64,000 nt of DNA, from the NCBI GenBank assembly GCA_963676215.2, contig CAXXVT010000016.1, positions 45,689-109,688 of the forward strand, read 5' to 3'. Of the stretch, positions 53,212 through 63,412 are shown piece after piece. A program made the translations under genes and the position numbers. Origin of the DNA: Opitutales bacterium (lineage in GTDB: Bacteria; Verrucomicrobiota; Verrucomicrobiia; Opitutales; JAFGAQ01). Every line of letters starts with the position of its first letter. The stretch's first letter is position 1. The notes beneath the pieces are model-generated. The model was given only the letters and a program-made list of their open reading frames with translations, was not told the DNA's origin and ran no database searches.

Positions 53212-54519
53212 TTGAGGGATCGAATGTACAAAGGAGAGAAAACAAGAAGAGCTTTACTAACATTTTGTTGTGGAATCGCATCTGTCTGCCTGACGATGGG
53301 GTCAGACGATGAAGAGGGGTCGACCACTCATGCCGCACAGGAACACCATGAGGCTCCGAGGCATGAGGATCTGCCCACAAATTATGAGGAGGGTCTAGAT
53401 TTTGTTGAGCATCACACTGAAGCGGTTACCAATGAACACGGTCATCTCGATAGTGCAGAGGATCATCTTATTAAAAGTGAGGATGAGGAGACTGACCACT
53501 CTGGGGCGCCTGAATCCGCACCTGCAAAAAAGTTGAAACTTTCCGTCAGCAAAGAACATCCGATCACAGATGAAACTCATGGCATGATGGAACAGACCTA
53601 TATCGATTTAGGCATGGGTCCCCCTGTGGGCAATCCGAATTCGCATCATGATAGCGGAGAGGGGAAGAACAAACGTTACGCATTGGAATCTCATGGAGAG
53701 GACCCGCACTCGGCTTTGGTATCGCATGTGCGAGCTGAGCCTTCTGAGGAACCCGCGACCAACTTTCATGATAACCCAAAGCCGCATCATGCTGAGGTTA
53801 ATGTGGAGGCAGTTACAGATATCAGTGCTGCAGAGCCTCCTAGTCATAGCCATTCAACAGAAACCCATTCCCCAGCCGAAGTAACATTGCACGCGTCCGA
53901 AGAGATTCATCCTTCGCCAACTCATCATGAACCTGCGCCAGTCGAGGTTCATCACCCCATTGTGCAGAATCATAGTTCCAAGCCTGAATCCCATTCGATT
54001 TCGGATGTTCACACGACAGAGTCTGCCCATCATAGTTCAAATTCACATCCTGTGGCTGTACCATCCCATGGGGCGCATTCTGCCGAAGTAGATGAGTTTC
54101 CTTTTCCACACAGTGCTGAGAAAACTTATGGCGAACTCGCGGAGCGCTTGCACGATGGTACCTTTGAGTTGATCAAAGCGGAAATGAGGGATGATGCAGA
54201 AAAAACAACGCAGGCAATTAACGAAATGACAAATCGGTTGCAGGCGATCATCGATCGGTCCTCTCATCCCAAATCTCCCCAACCTTCTCAAGCAGTTGAA
54301 GATGCCGCGCGGGCAATGGCGATTCATATGGATCGTTTGAGCTTTGCTCAGTATCAGGAAAATACTCAGAAAGTGAGTATTCTAGTTGGGAAAGTCGCAA
54401 CAATGGTAAGGGAATTAGAAACGGTGATGGAGAGTGCCGAGGATCATGGGGATTCGAATTCCCATGAAATGCAAAGTCATTCACCGCATGAACAAGAGCC
54501 GAGCGGGCACGGGCATTGA
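53212..54519 (+). CDS. Histidine/acidic-rich low-complexity exported protein
   Basis: N-terminal hydrophobic/Cys segment (RRALLTFCCGIASVCLTMG), then about 300 aa rich in H, E, S, P (HSHSTETHSPAEVTLHASEEIHPSPTHHEPAPVEVHHPIV...), a helical C-terminal region, and a terminal ...HSPHEQEPSGHGH. The start is uncertain. Confidence 0.55.
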   Translation: MRDRMYKGEKTRRALLTFCCGIASVCLTMGSDDEEGSTTHAAQEHHEAPRHEDLPTNYEEGLDFVEHHTEAVTNEHGHLDSAEDHLIKSEDEETDHSGAPESAPAKKLKLSVSKEHPITDETHGMMEQTYIDLGMGPPVGNPNSHHDSGEGKNKRYALESHGEDPHSALVSHVRAEPSEEPATNFHDNPKPHHAEVNVEAVTDISAAEPPSHSHSTETHSPAEVTLHASEEIHPSPTHHEPAPVEVHHPIVQNHSSKPESHSISDVHTTESAHHSSNSHPVAVPSHGAHSAEVDEFPFPHSAEKTYGELAERLHDGTFELIKAEMRDDAEKTTQAINEMTNRLQAIIDRSSHPKSPQPSQAVEDAARAMAIHMDRLSFAQYQENTQKVSILVGKVATMVRELETVMESAEDHGDSNSHEMQSHSPHEQEPSGHGH

Positions 54520-54674
54520 GGATTTGATGACAACAAGGGTAAGGGTGGATCTCTTGCGAGCAAGAGATGCTACGGAGTGGGAGAAGTTGCGGCGTATGAC
54601 TAGGAAGTTGCCAAATATAACTTCCGGTTTTGAAGGAAAATGAACGTATTGTGCGCCTTGCAAAAAAACCCCAT

Positions 54675-54777
54675 TACTTCTGCCAAACGTGTCTGCTTAA
54701 ATGCAGGATGCTCTAACCCACGAATGAATTCATGGGCTCCAGAATAGAATGACGGAGGCGATGATTTCAATCGTCGT
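54675..54777. repeat. Dispersed intergenic repeat, family D (X unit then Y unit)
   Basis: tacttctgccaaacgtgtctgcttaaatgcaggatgctctaa + cccacgaatgaattcatgggctccagaatagaatgacggaggcgatgatttc matches 9596-9637 and 9496-9549. Confidence 0.7.
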
Positions 54778-54916
54778 ACCCAGTATTTCCGATTTCGGCC
54801 TGAGGTCTGTTATTTCAATTCGTTGCGTGTGCTTTGAGGCAGAGAGCGACGGATCGGGGTCGATCCTGCCCTACCATTTTGGAATTGGAGCCAGAGGAGA
54901 ACTGTGAAGGCGTTGA

Positions 54917-57100
54917 CTACTGCTCGGATGGGTCGCCGGGGACGTGGTGGCGTTTGATGGCCTTGTAAAACTCAAGATCATGTTCCGCGGGTTCCACTTT
55001 GGAAGGCCAAGGGAGGTTTGCGAAAGTTTGGAAATAGGTGAGGCATGCATCTTTATATTCGATTGCTTCTCGTTCCTGCCTTTTGAGCAGAACAGCGACG
55101 TGGTGGTGACGTTCCGGATCGATTTTGTCGCTGAGGCTCTCCCATTCTTCCTTCCAGCTACGAACAGCGTCGACACCCATTTGGTAGTGAAGACCGAGTT
55201 CATCCCAGAGTATATTACCACTTTTCATTTCAAAGTTCCACGGTACGTGGTGAAACCAGAGTAGAAGTTCCTCAGGAATTTTCTCTACATCAGACCATTG
55301 GTTGCGGATGGTCGGACTGTATTGCTCAAGCGCGTTCGATCCTGTCGATGTTCTATCAAATCCCAGTCCCTGTTCATCTGCACGATGGTAGTAGAGCGAG
55401 GTCCAGTCTGCACGACCTTCGTCAACCCAAGGTCCGGGTCCGTAATGATGCCCGCGTGCCATGATGTGATGAAGTCCTAATGGCATCGAGTAGTTGACGA
55501 CTGCTTCGCGGGATTCCATGAGCATCGGTATTAGCGTATCGACGATTTCAGGTTCTGCGTTAAAAGTTTGTTGAATCCACTCCGTCGCAATGGTTTCGCT
55601 GGAGAGTTGAGGCTCCCACGCAAGGCGACCAAAAGCATACCAATTGCTTTGAAGGAGAGGATGGCCAGTCCAATTGCGGTCGGTTCCGATATTGGCCACA
55701 CCCGCAATGACGGTGTGCTGCACATCCGAGAATTCGCCTTCGATGATTTTCGCCACCGTTGATCCTTGTCCGTTTGTGAAAGTATCACTGTCGAGCACTT
55801 CTTCGAAAAGGGGGGCGAGATAGGCGAGGTGCACCGCTCCTCCGAGGTATTCCTGCGTGATCTGAAGTTCGAGAGCCAAGGGAGTTTTTGGCATTGCCCC
55901 AAACATTGGGTGAAAGGGTTCACGTGGCATGAAATCAATCGGGCCGTTTTTGGTTTGGATAATGACATTGTCGCGGAAACTTCCGTCCATTGGCACAAAC
56001 TCAGTGTAGGCCTGCTTGGCTCTATCTACAGTATTCTTGTGAGAATAAACAAATGCACGCCACATCACGATACCACTATGCGGGGCAAGGGCATCTGCCA
56101 ATAAATTGGCTCCATCTGCGTGAGAGCGGTCATAATCCTGTGGGCCCGGCTGACCTTCGGAGTTGGCTTTTACTAAAAATCCGCCGAAATCCGGAATAAT
56201 GGAGTAGATTTCATCAATCTTTTTCTTCCACCATTTCGCCACTTCAGCGTTCAGTGGATCGGCGGTTTTCAAGCCCCCTATTTCGATGGGTGCGCTGAAA
56301 CGGGCGGTGAGATAGACCTTAATACCATAGGGTCGAAGCTCATTGGCGATGGCAGCGGTTTTATAAAGATACTCGGTCGTCAAAACCAAGGCGTTTGAAT
56401 TGACGTTGGTCAATACGGTGCCATTGATTCCGACCGATGCATTGGCGCGTGCGTAGTCCCGGTAGCGGGGGGAGACGTAGTCGGGCAGTTGAAACCATTC
56501 CCATATGGATTGGCCAGACTGAACACGTTCGACGGTGCGCGTTAGATTGTCCCAGTGATTGAGAAGTCGGTGTTGAATTTTGGGTTCGCTTACAATCGCA
56601 ATCGTTTGGTTCAGATCTGGGTTCAGTTCCCCGGATTGCACCATTCTTAAAAAAGCAAAAGTTCCGTATAAAACGCCGATATCGGTTTTCCCTGTAACAA
56701 TCCAAGGGTCTCCTTCGATGGCGTCGGAGCGATAGATAAGGTAGCCTTCGTCGTTCAGGGATTGGATTTCATCCCGTAGCGCCCTGGTGTCGGCTGGAGG
56801 GAGTTGATCCAATGGTCCCAACCAGATAGGAGATTGTCCCTTAAAATCACTGTTCCCGAGGAGTCCGCTTATCCCTAATTCCATTTCCGTCTTTGCAGCC
56901 TGGAGAGTTTCGGAAGCACCAAATAATTCTAATTCTCCAATGGAATTCGTCCATGAAAGTGTCATCGCTGACTCTTCCAAAGGAGCGTACCGAAGCCACA
57001 GTTTGTATCCGTCTTCTGCCTGTGAGAAAAACGGTAGAGCGAAGCCTAAAAGTAGAAAAAGAGTATTTTTGATTCTCCTGCGAGCAAGGGAATGCAACAT
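54917..57100 (-). CDS. aguA: GH67 alpha-glucuronidase
   Basis: Signal peptide followed by EDGYKLWLRY (the characteristic GH67 N-terminus), and about 730 aa with family blocks (LNHWDN, GINGTVLTNVN, YGIKVYLTARFSAP, GFLVKANSEGQPGP, EYLGG). I placed the start at ATG 57100. Confidence 0.8.
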   Translation of the reverse strand: MLHSLARRRIKNTLFLLLGFALPFFSQAEDGYKLWLRYAPLEESAMTLSWTNSIGELELFGASETLQAAKTEMELGISGLLGNSDFKGQSPIWLGPLDQLPPADTRALRDEIQSLNDEGYLIYRSDAIEGDPWIVTGKTDIGVLYGTFAFLRMVQSGELNPDLNQTIAIVSEPKIQHRLLNHWDNLTRTVERVQSGQSIWEWFQLPDYVSPRYRDYARANASVGINGTVLTNVNSNALVLTTEYLYKTAAIANELRPYGIKVYLTARFSAPIEIGGLKTADPLNAEVAKWWKKKIDEIYSIIPDFGGFLVKANSEGQPGPQDYDRSHADGANLLADALAPHSGIVMWRAFVYSHKNTVDRAKQAYTEFVPMDGSFRDNVIIQTKNGPIDFMPREPFHPMFGAMPKTPLALELQITQEYLGGAVHLAYLAPLFEEVLDSDTFTNGQGSTVAKIIEGEFSDVQHTVIAGVANIGTDRNWTGHPLLQSNWYAFGRLAWEPQLSSETIATEWIQQTFNAEPEIVDTLIPMLMESREAVVNYSMPLGLHHIMARGHHYGPGPWVDEGRADWTSLYYHRADEQGLGFDRTSTGSNALEQYSPTIRNQWSDVEKIPEELLLWFHHVPWNFEMKSGNILWDELGLHYQMGVDAVRSWKEEWESLSDKIDPERHHHVAVLLKRQEREAIEYKDACLTYFQTFANLPWPSKVEPAEHDLEFYKAIKRHHVPGDPSEQ

Positions 57101-57325
57101 AATGAAATATGGTTTTTGGGTTATCGTTATCTCTAGATGGAACACCCGGTCGGGGTTATTGCTATTTTTGAGCAAGAACCTAAATGGTATCTTCAAAACT
57201 ATTGAGCCCGCTCAGCTAGGGGCAATGCAAAAGGTCTATAGAAATAGTCATACATATTCTGAGACCTTTTCGGTCTTCGAATTTGAATTGCCAATGGATG
57301 AGTGCGGTATATCGTTGATAACAAG

Positions 57326-58591
57326 ATGCTTGGAGAAACGTTACGGTTGTTGCTCTTCAGTTTATCACTAGGAGCGTTGGTAGGACTGGTTCGCCAATGG
57401 GCGGATCACATGGAGTTTAACCTCGAAGAGGAGGATATCACCAGTGCGGGGCTGCGAACTTACGCGTTATGGAGTTTTTTGGGCGCGCTTTCGGTGTATT
57501 GCAGCGTGGAGTTTCACAGTTGGGTGTTTCCGATCGTATTGGTTCTGTTTGGAACCTATCTTACTGCAGGCTATGTGCTTGAGCATTCCGGGAGAGGGGG
57601 TATTGGGCTGACCAGTTATGCCGTGGGGTTGATTACCTTCTTAATGGGCGCGATTGTGATGTGGGGAGAGTCTCGCGTTGCGATTGCGATTGCTGCCGCT
57701 TTGGGAGTGATGATTGCCGCGAAGCAGTCTGCTCATGCGGTGACCACACGCATTCGGCCCGAAGATGTAAGGATTGCCCTGCAGTTTCTGGTGGTGACTG
57801 GCCTTATTTTGCCAATCGTTCCTAATCAGGGGTTTGGCCCTGAGGCCGCAATCAATCCCTATAAGATTTGGTGGATGGTAGTCCTTATTTCCGGGCTTGG
57901 CTTTGGTGGGTATCTTGGGATTCGGTTTCTTGGGGCGCGGGCAGGAATCCTCATGACTGGAGTTGCAGGGGGATTTGCATCCAGCACTGCTACGACTTTA
58001 GCCCTTTCGAGAGCGAGCAGACAGATGCCCGAACTATCTGCGAGCCTGGGCTTGGGAATTCTCTTAGCCTGTACGATAATGTTTGCTCGAGTGTGGGCGA
58101 TTATCCTAACCCTAAATCACGAATTGGCGATGGCGCTTATCCTCCCTTTTGCATTGATGGCGTGTCCAGGAGTATTGACCCTTGTCGTTGTCATGTTGAG
58201 TGGGCGCAAGAAGGAAACGATCGAAACCCCGGAAATTACGAACCCATTGAGTCTTGGGGTCGCTATCAAGTTCGCCCTATTGTATGGAGTGATCGTATTA
58301 TTGGTAACTTTGACCAAAGAGTGGGGTGCCGATAAGGGGCTCTATTTGGTTTCGTTTATCTCCGGATTAACGGATATGGACGCGATTGCACTTTCAATGA
58401 CAGATATGGTAAAACAAGGCAGTGTGGTGCTGGAATTGGCGGCCAAAGGAATTGTCATTGGAGCGATTGCGAACACCCTTTTTAAGGCTGGATTTGCACT
58501 GTATGCGGGATCAAAAGGATTGCGTATCGTGATTACCGTTGGGATGGGAAGCATGATCCTGGCAGGTATCGGAAGTTGGTTTTTAGTATAG
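57326..58591 (+). CDS. MgtC/SapB-family N-terminal domain + DUF4010 polytopic membrane protein
   Basis: About 420 aa with at least 10 TM helices. The N-terminus LGALVGLVRQW...AGLRTYALWSFLGAL resembles the MgtC domain. The assignment rests on architecture and is tentative. Confidence 0.5.
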   Translation: MLGETLRLLLFSLSLGALVGLVRQWADHMEFNLEEEDITSAGLRTYALWSFLGALSVYCSVEFHSWVFPIVLVLFGTYLTAGYVLEHSGRGGIGLTSYAVGLITFLMGAIVMWGESRVAIAIAAALGVMIAAKQSAHAVTTRIRPEDVRIALQFLVVTGLILPIVPNQGFGPEAAINPYKIWWMVVLISGLGFGGYLGIRFLGARAGILMTGVAGGFASSTATTLALSRASRQMPELSASLGLGILLACTIMFARVWAIILTLNHELAMALILPFALMACPGVLTLVVVMLSGRKKETIETPEITNPLSLGVAIKFALLYGVIVLLVTLTKEWGADKGLYLVSFISGLTDMDAIALSMTDMVKQGSVVLELAAKGIVIGAIANTLFKAGFALYAGSKGLRIVITVGMGSMILAGIGSWFLV

Positions 58592-58799
58592 GCGGTGAAG
58601 GGGTAAATAATTGTTCGCACTTCGAAAATTTGATCTAAGCATTTACTTAGATTGATGCTTGAGGGTTTATTTCCAAACACTCCCTAAAACTCAGGAAATG
58701 AGTGCCGGATTCTTTCTGCTAATGCAATGAGGGTGCGATTTTAGTAAAAATGATGAATTGCCATTTCCAATTGAGTAAGTAGACACTTTCTGACTTCGA

Positions 58800-60755
58800 A
58801 TGAATACGACTCCGGAAAAAACGAATAAAAGCTTCAAGCTAAGCGAAGGAACGGTTGCCTGGGCACTTGTAGCCGTCGCTTTGATGACACTTGTAGGTGG
58901 ATTCATCCTTGAAAAAACCGGTGGTTCTTCCGCCTTTTCTATAGGATGTTATGTTCTCGCGTATTTAAGTGGAGGTTACTTCGGAGTCTTGTCTGGATTC
59001 GAATCGCTGAGAAACCGCGAGGTTGATGTGGATCTGCTGATGATACTCGCCGCCCTTGGCGCAGCCTGGGTGGGCGCACCGTTTGAAGGTGGCATGCTTC
59101 TTTTCCTCTTTTCACTTTCCAATGTATTGCAAACCTTCGCCATGGAACGTTCGCATAATGCGATTCATTCCTTGATGAAGCTTCGACCCTCTGAGGTGAT
59201 GTGCAAGGTCGGTCATGAGTGGAAAATGGTCCAGGTAGAGATCGTCGAACTCGATACCGTTGTAAGGGTTCGACCTGGAGAAAGTGTGGCCTTGGACGGT
59301 GTTGTTCTCAAGGGAGAGAGTTCGATCGATGAATCATCGATCACTGGCGAATCCATGCCTCTACACAAGAAACCTGGAGATGAGATTTTTGCTGGAACGA
59401 TGAATCAGAGTGGCAGTCTGGAATATCGGGTTACCAAAAAGGAGGCGGATTCCACGCTCTCGAAAATCGTAAACTTAGTCGATGAAGCGCAGGGGAAAAA
59501 GGCGAAGTCGGAACGCTTCCTGGAAAAAGCGGAACAGCACTATGCACTGGGCGTGATCCTACTTACGCTTGGCCTTATTATTGTGCCACCTCTTGTGGGT
59601 GCCGATTTTTCAGCTAGCTTTTATCGGGCGATGACAGTGATGGTGGTAGCCTCACCCTGTGCGTTGGTGATTAGTACGCCTGCTGCGTTTCTGTCTGCAA
59701 TTGGTGGCGCAGCACGCAGCGGAGTTTTATTCAAAGGGGGAGTGCATCTGGAACGCATGGCTGAGATCAAGACGATTGCCTTTGATAAAACAGGCACGCT
59801 GACCGTTGGAAAGCCGACGGTGAACCGACTGATGACATTCGAAATTCCTGATGAAGCGGGGAGTATTCAAAAAACGGAAGAATCTGAAGCGATTCAGATT
59901 GCCGCTGCACTCGAATCCCATTCGGAACATCCATTGGCACGAGCGGTGGAGCAGTATTCAAAAGCAAAGGGTATCAATACTGTTGATGTGCATGGATTTA
60001 AAGCACTGACAGGAAAAGGTGCTTGGGGGGAAGTGGACGGAAGTCACTATCTCATCGGTAATCCTTCTCTTTTTAGTGATCTATTGGCCTCCAGCGATCG
60101 TTTCGCAGCAGTGCGGACAAATGTGGATGAAATGAGAGAACAGGGTGAAACGCTCATCATGTTGGGTAAATGCGATTCAACAGGTGAAGCAACGAATGTC
60201 ATGGCGATATTTTCTGTGACCGATCGTATTCGTGACAACGCAAAGTCTTCGATTCAAAAGCTTCGGGCGTTAGGGGTGAAACGCATTGTGATGCTAACCG
60301 GCGATCACGCCAAAGTAGCGGAGTCCATTTCGCGTGAGGCAGGATTGGATGATTATTACGCGAGTTTGTTACCCGAGCAGAAAATGGAGACGATCCAGAA
60401 ATTGGAATCTGAGGGACCGGTATTGATGGTCGGTGACGGTGTCAATGATGCTCCGGCTCTTGCGAGTGCTCATGTGGGTGTTGCGATGGGAGCTGCAGGT
60501 ACCGATGTTGCTATGGAGACCGCAGACGTGGTTTTGATGAGCAGTAATCTCGAACATTTGGTTCACGCTCTTGAAAAAGCTCGAAAGAGCCGCCGTATTG
60601 TCCTCCAGAATCTGATATTTGCACTCAGCGTCATAGTGGTGCTGGTCATATGCACCTTAACAATCGGTATTCCCCTTCCTTTGGGTGTGGTTGGGCACGA
60701 AGGCTCGACAGTCCTGGTGTGCCTTAATGGATTGCGACTACTGGCAAAGGCTTAA
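58800..60755 (+). CDS. P1B-4-type heavy-metal (Co/Zn/Cd-class) translocating P-type ATPase
   Basis: TGES, SPC in VASPCALVISTP, FDKTGTLT, GDGVNDAPAL and HEGST in the last TM helix. There is no N-terminal metal-binding domain and the core is short; SPC plus HEG(G/S)T is the P1B-4 signature. Confidence 0.88.
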   Translation: MNTTPEKTNKSFKLSEGTVAWALVAVALMTLVGGFILEKTGGSSAFSIGCYVLAYLSGGYFGVLSGFESLRNREVDVDLLMILAALGAAWVGAPFEGGMLLFLFSLSNVLQTFAMERSHNAIHSLMKLRPSEVMCKVGHEWKMVQVEIVELDTVVRVRPGESVALDGVVLKGESSIDESSITGESMPLHKKPGDEIFAGTMNQSGSLEYRVTKKEADSTLSKIVNLVDEAQGKKAKSERFLEKAEQHYALGVILLTLGLIIVPPLVGADFSASFYRAMTVMVVASPCALVISTPAAFLSAIGGAARSGVLFKGGVHLERMAEIKTIAFDKTGTLTVGKPTVNRLMTFEIPDEAGSIQKTEESEAIQIAAALESHSEHPLARAVEQYSKAKGINTVDVHGFKALTGKGAWGEVDGSHYLIGNPSLFSDLLASSDRFAAVRTNVDEMREQGETLIMLGKCDSTGEATNVMAIFSVTDRIRDNAKSSIQKLRALGVKRIVMLTGDHAKVAESISREAGLDDYYASLLPEQKMETIQKLESEGPVLMVGDGVNDAPALASAHVGVAMGAAGTDVAMETADVVLMSSNLEHLVHALEKARKSRRIVLQNLIFALSVIVVLVICTLTIGIPLPLGVVGHEGSTVLVCLNGLRLLAKA

Positions 60756-60791
60756 GAGAGGGAACCCATCTATTCCTTGTAAAGGCTTTCT

Positions 60792-61451
60792 TTAATTGCC
60801 CTTGACCTGCTGCCAAACCCGCCATGTGTAGCTACCAAGTAACAGGACGATGATCATGTTAAAAAAGGAACGGGTGAGTAGCCAAAGCCCCACGGCCAGG
60901 AGTGCGAGAAAAACGAAGCCTATGATGCAGGTCGCTTTGATGTTTTTGGGGCCAAGAACATCGCGCAGAATCTGACCTCCATCGAGTGGGATCACTGGAA
61001 AGAGATTAATGATCGTCCAAAAGATGTTAATGAACACCATCGTGTTTATAAAATCGGAGAGGAAGAAGCCAACTCTTGTCGTCGTATCAATAGAGGGTCC
61101 GGCGATGTTAACGATAATAATGAATAGGATTGCAAGGAGGATACTGGCGCCCGGCCCTGCTGCGGTTACTAAAATACTCTTGCCGCGACTAAAGCGAGCG
61201 TTTGGGAACACCGCTACTCCTCCCATACTGTGCAGCTGTATGAGTGCGCTGCTTGCGCCCGATTTTATTCCTGTTAGCGCATGACCGAGTTCGTGGATCA
61301 GAATGGAATGAAAAGCGGCCAGCATGAAGATCAACACTCGAAACCAATCATCCGGCTGTTGGGCTCCGATGGCGCCGCCCAAAAAGGCTGTTAACAGGAA
61401 GAAACTCCAGTGGATGGAAATCGGGATTCGAAATAGGCGAAATTCGATCAT
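60792..61451 (-). CDS. M50-family (site-2 protease-like) membrane metalloprotease
   Basis: ILIHELGHAL (HExxH inside a TM helix) and NLFPVIPLDGGQIL (NxxPxxxLDG). Confidence 0.75.
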   Translation of the reverse strand: MIEFRLFRIPISIHWSFFLLTAFLGGAIGAQQPDDWFRVLIFMLAAFHSILIHELGHALTGIKSGASSALIQLHSMGGVAVFPNARFSRGKSILVTAAGPGASILLAILFIIIVNIAGPSIDTTTRVGFFLSDFINTMVFINIFWTIINLFPVIPLDGGQILRDVLGPKNIKATCIIGFVFLALLAVGLWLLTRSFFNMIIVLLLGSYTWRVWQQVKGN

Positions 61452-61580
61452 AGAATAGTTGGAACGGTTGAAAGGTGAAAATTGATGGCAACAGTTTCAG
61501 TTCCTTGTTGCGCCTTTGTTTCACATTTACCCCTTTTAGAAAAGCCTTGAATATGGACTTGATGAAAATAGGATGAAAAT

Positions 61581-62912
61581 ATGTGCAAACGATTGATGGC
61601 TCAAATTCTGATTCTAGTGTTTTTTCTTTGTGAGGTTCACGGGAAAGCTGAGTTGCCTCATGGTGAAGATTTGGTGATCAATCGTGATGTCTATCAGTCG
61701 AGTTTTGAGGGTTTTTGGTTGGGGCAGTGTATTGCGAACTGGACTGGACTTTCCCCTGAAATGGATAAAGTGGAGCCACCATTTTATACAGATGAATCCT
61801 GGGGTGGTCCAGACGAGTTGAGTCTTTGGGGAGGAAAAGGTCCGAGTGATACGCTGGAATTTTATTTCGTGCCACGCGGAACGCCTTGGGGTGCGGATGA
61901 TGATACGGATATAGAATATCTCTATTTGCATTTACTGCACGACTTGGAGGTGACTCGATTAAGTGGCGACCAGATTCGTGAAGGATGGCTGAGGCACATG
62001 TGGTCGGACAATTTCAACAAAGATGGAAATAACTTTCTTTGGGTGTCCAATGAGAATGCGTATGAACTGATGCGGAAAGGGTCGATACCACCCGAAACGA
62101 GTGATCCGGAACTGAACCCGGAATATGATATGATTGATGCGCAGTTAACGACGGAGATTTTTGGCTTATTGGCGCCGGGTCGACCCGATGTCGCACTGGC
62201 GATGGCGAAACTTCCCATCATGACGAGTGCCCGAGCCCACGCCAAGCAAGCTGCTGAGTTTTATGTCGTGATGCACTCACTGGCGGTGACTGCAGAAGGG
62301 AATGATGTATTTGAAAAGCTCGTTTGGATGTCTGCCCAAGCAAGGAAAGGAATTCCTGACGGGAGCTATCTTGCGGATATGTATGATTATATCTGGAATG
62401 ATTATTCGAACAATCCTGACAAGGAGGATTGGGAATCCACCCGAGATAAGGTTTACCAACGCTATCAAATCGAGGGTGCTGGCGGATACGATTATGAGCA
62501 CCCCTATGATGCCGGTATCAATTTTGCAGCGGGATTGGTCAGTTTGTTTTATGGGCAGGGCGATCTGAAACGAACGATACGGATCGGTTCCTTGGTGGGG
62601 TGGGATTGTGATAATCCCACCGCAACCTGGGGTGGGCTGATCGGGTTTATGATGGGAAGGAAAGCCGTGGAAGCAGCTTTTCCGGAAATTGAGCTCTCTG
62701 ATACTTATCAAATTTCCAGAACCAGAAGAGATTTCCCCGATCACACTCCATCGCAGGATGGAGAGGACTCCTTTTTACTGATGGCAGAACGATGCTGTGA
62801 AGTTGTTGAAAGGGTCGTTGTTGCGGAAATGGGCGGCGTTGTTGATCTTGAAAAATTAGAATGGCGCATCCCATTGGGGCATAGAGGAGATCGTTTTCGA
62901 TCTTCGGATTGA
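61581..62912 (+). CDS. Secreted ADP-ribosylglycohydrolase-family-like protein
   Basis: Signal peptide, then WLGQCIANWTG, GADDDTDIEY and GWDCDNPTATWGGLIGFMMG resemble the two metal-binding acidic blocks of the DraG/ARH fold. The last ~13 codons lie inside the repeat shared with 63686-63741. Confidence 0.5.
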   Translation: MCKRLMAQILILVFFLCEVHGKAELPHGEDLVINRDVYQSSFEGFWLGQCIANWTGLSPEMDKVEPPFYTDESWGGPDELSLWGGKGPSDTLEFYFVPRGTPWGADDDTDIEYLYLHLLHDLEVTRLSGDQIREGWLRHMWSDNFNKDGNNFLWVSNENAYELMRKGSIPPETSDPELNPEYDMIDAQLTTEIFGLLAPGRPDVALAMAKLPIMTSARAHAKQAAEFYVVMHSLAVTAEGNDVFEKLVWMSAQARKGIPDGSYLADMYDYIWNDYSNNPDKEDWESTRDKVYQRYQIEGAGGYDYEHPYDAGINFAAGLVSLFYGQGDLKRTIRIGSLVGWDCDNPTATWGGLIGFMMGRKAVEAAFPEIELSDTYQISRTRRDFPDHTPSQDGEDSFLLMAERCCEVVERVVVAEMGGVVDLEKLEWRIPLGHRGDRFRSSD

Positions 62913-62990
62913 AGGATATAAAGCGAGTATTGTCCTTCGGCAGGTTGCTTCGCGTTTCACTTGAGTGTCGTTCTTCTGGAACTCGGAACA

Positions 62991-63145
62991 GGGCATTCGA
63001 TTTCTCTAATTAGAGCACGAGGTTGTTGGTGGCTTTGGAAATGGCCTGCCATGAGCACTTCGACGAGCTCAGTGTGAATTGGAGTGAGGAGAAGAATTCG
63101 ACAAACGAAATCGAATGGCTGCCCGGGCTGGGATCGAACCAGCGA
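62991..63145. repeat. 155-bp direct repeat, copy 1 (identical to 63742..63896 by my alignment)
   Basis: gggcattcgatttctctaattagagcacgagg...gaatggctgcccgggctgggatcgaaccagcga includes the last 30 nt of tRNA-Asn plus its downstream flank. A diverged extension links 62897-62990 to 63686-63741. Confidence 0.85.
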
Positions 63146-63173
63146 TCCGCCTGAGGCGGATTAACAGCCAATC
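63116..63173 (-). pseudogene. Partial tRNA-Asn copy (T-arm, acceptor 3' strand and CCA intact; degenerate anticodon loop)
   Basis: The minus strand reads gattggCTGTTAAtc-cgcctcaggcgga-TCGCTGGTTCGATCCCAGCCCGGGCAGCCA. The last 30 nt are identical to the intact tRNA. There is no D-arm or 5' acceptor strand. Confidence 0.75.
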
Positions 63174-63412
63174 TTTACTTTGAGCCATTGTCGCCCTTGA
63201 CCTGATTTCAGAGCCTTTTCCCGTTTGAGAGCGCTAGAACGATCAGGAAGTGTTTCTTGATAGACAAGAATCCATGGACCTCTGAAGCGTTTGGTGGTGC
63301 GAGTGAGAGTATGTTCGGGATCGTTGTGTTGCTTCAGTCTAATATCGAGTTGAGAGGTTTGTCCGATGTAAATCTTTCCATCGGGATTCTGGATAACGTA
63401 GACTTGGAACAT
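63161..63412 (-). CDS. GIY-YIG nuclease-domain protein (UPF0213-like)
   Basis: MFQVYVIQNPDGKIYIGQTSQLDIRLKQHN...ALKREKALKSGQGR. The stop codon TAA lies inside the tRNA-like CTGTTAA loop. Confidence 0.75.
   Translation of the reverse strand: MFQVYVIQNPDGKIYIGQTSQLDIRLKQHNDPEHTLTRTTKRFRGPWILVYQETLPDRSSALKREKALKSGQGRQWLKVKIGC

Noticed and set aside
53395-54484. Several 60-95-aa minus-strand ORFs within the His-rich gene
   Set aside because: They are antisense to a long open frame with coherent composition. They overlap each other in different frames and have no start or terminator context.
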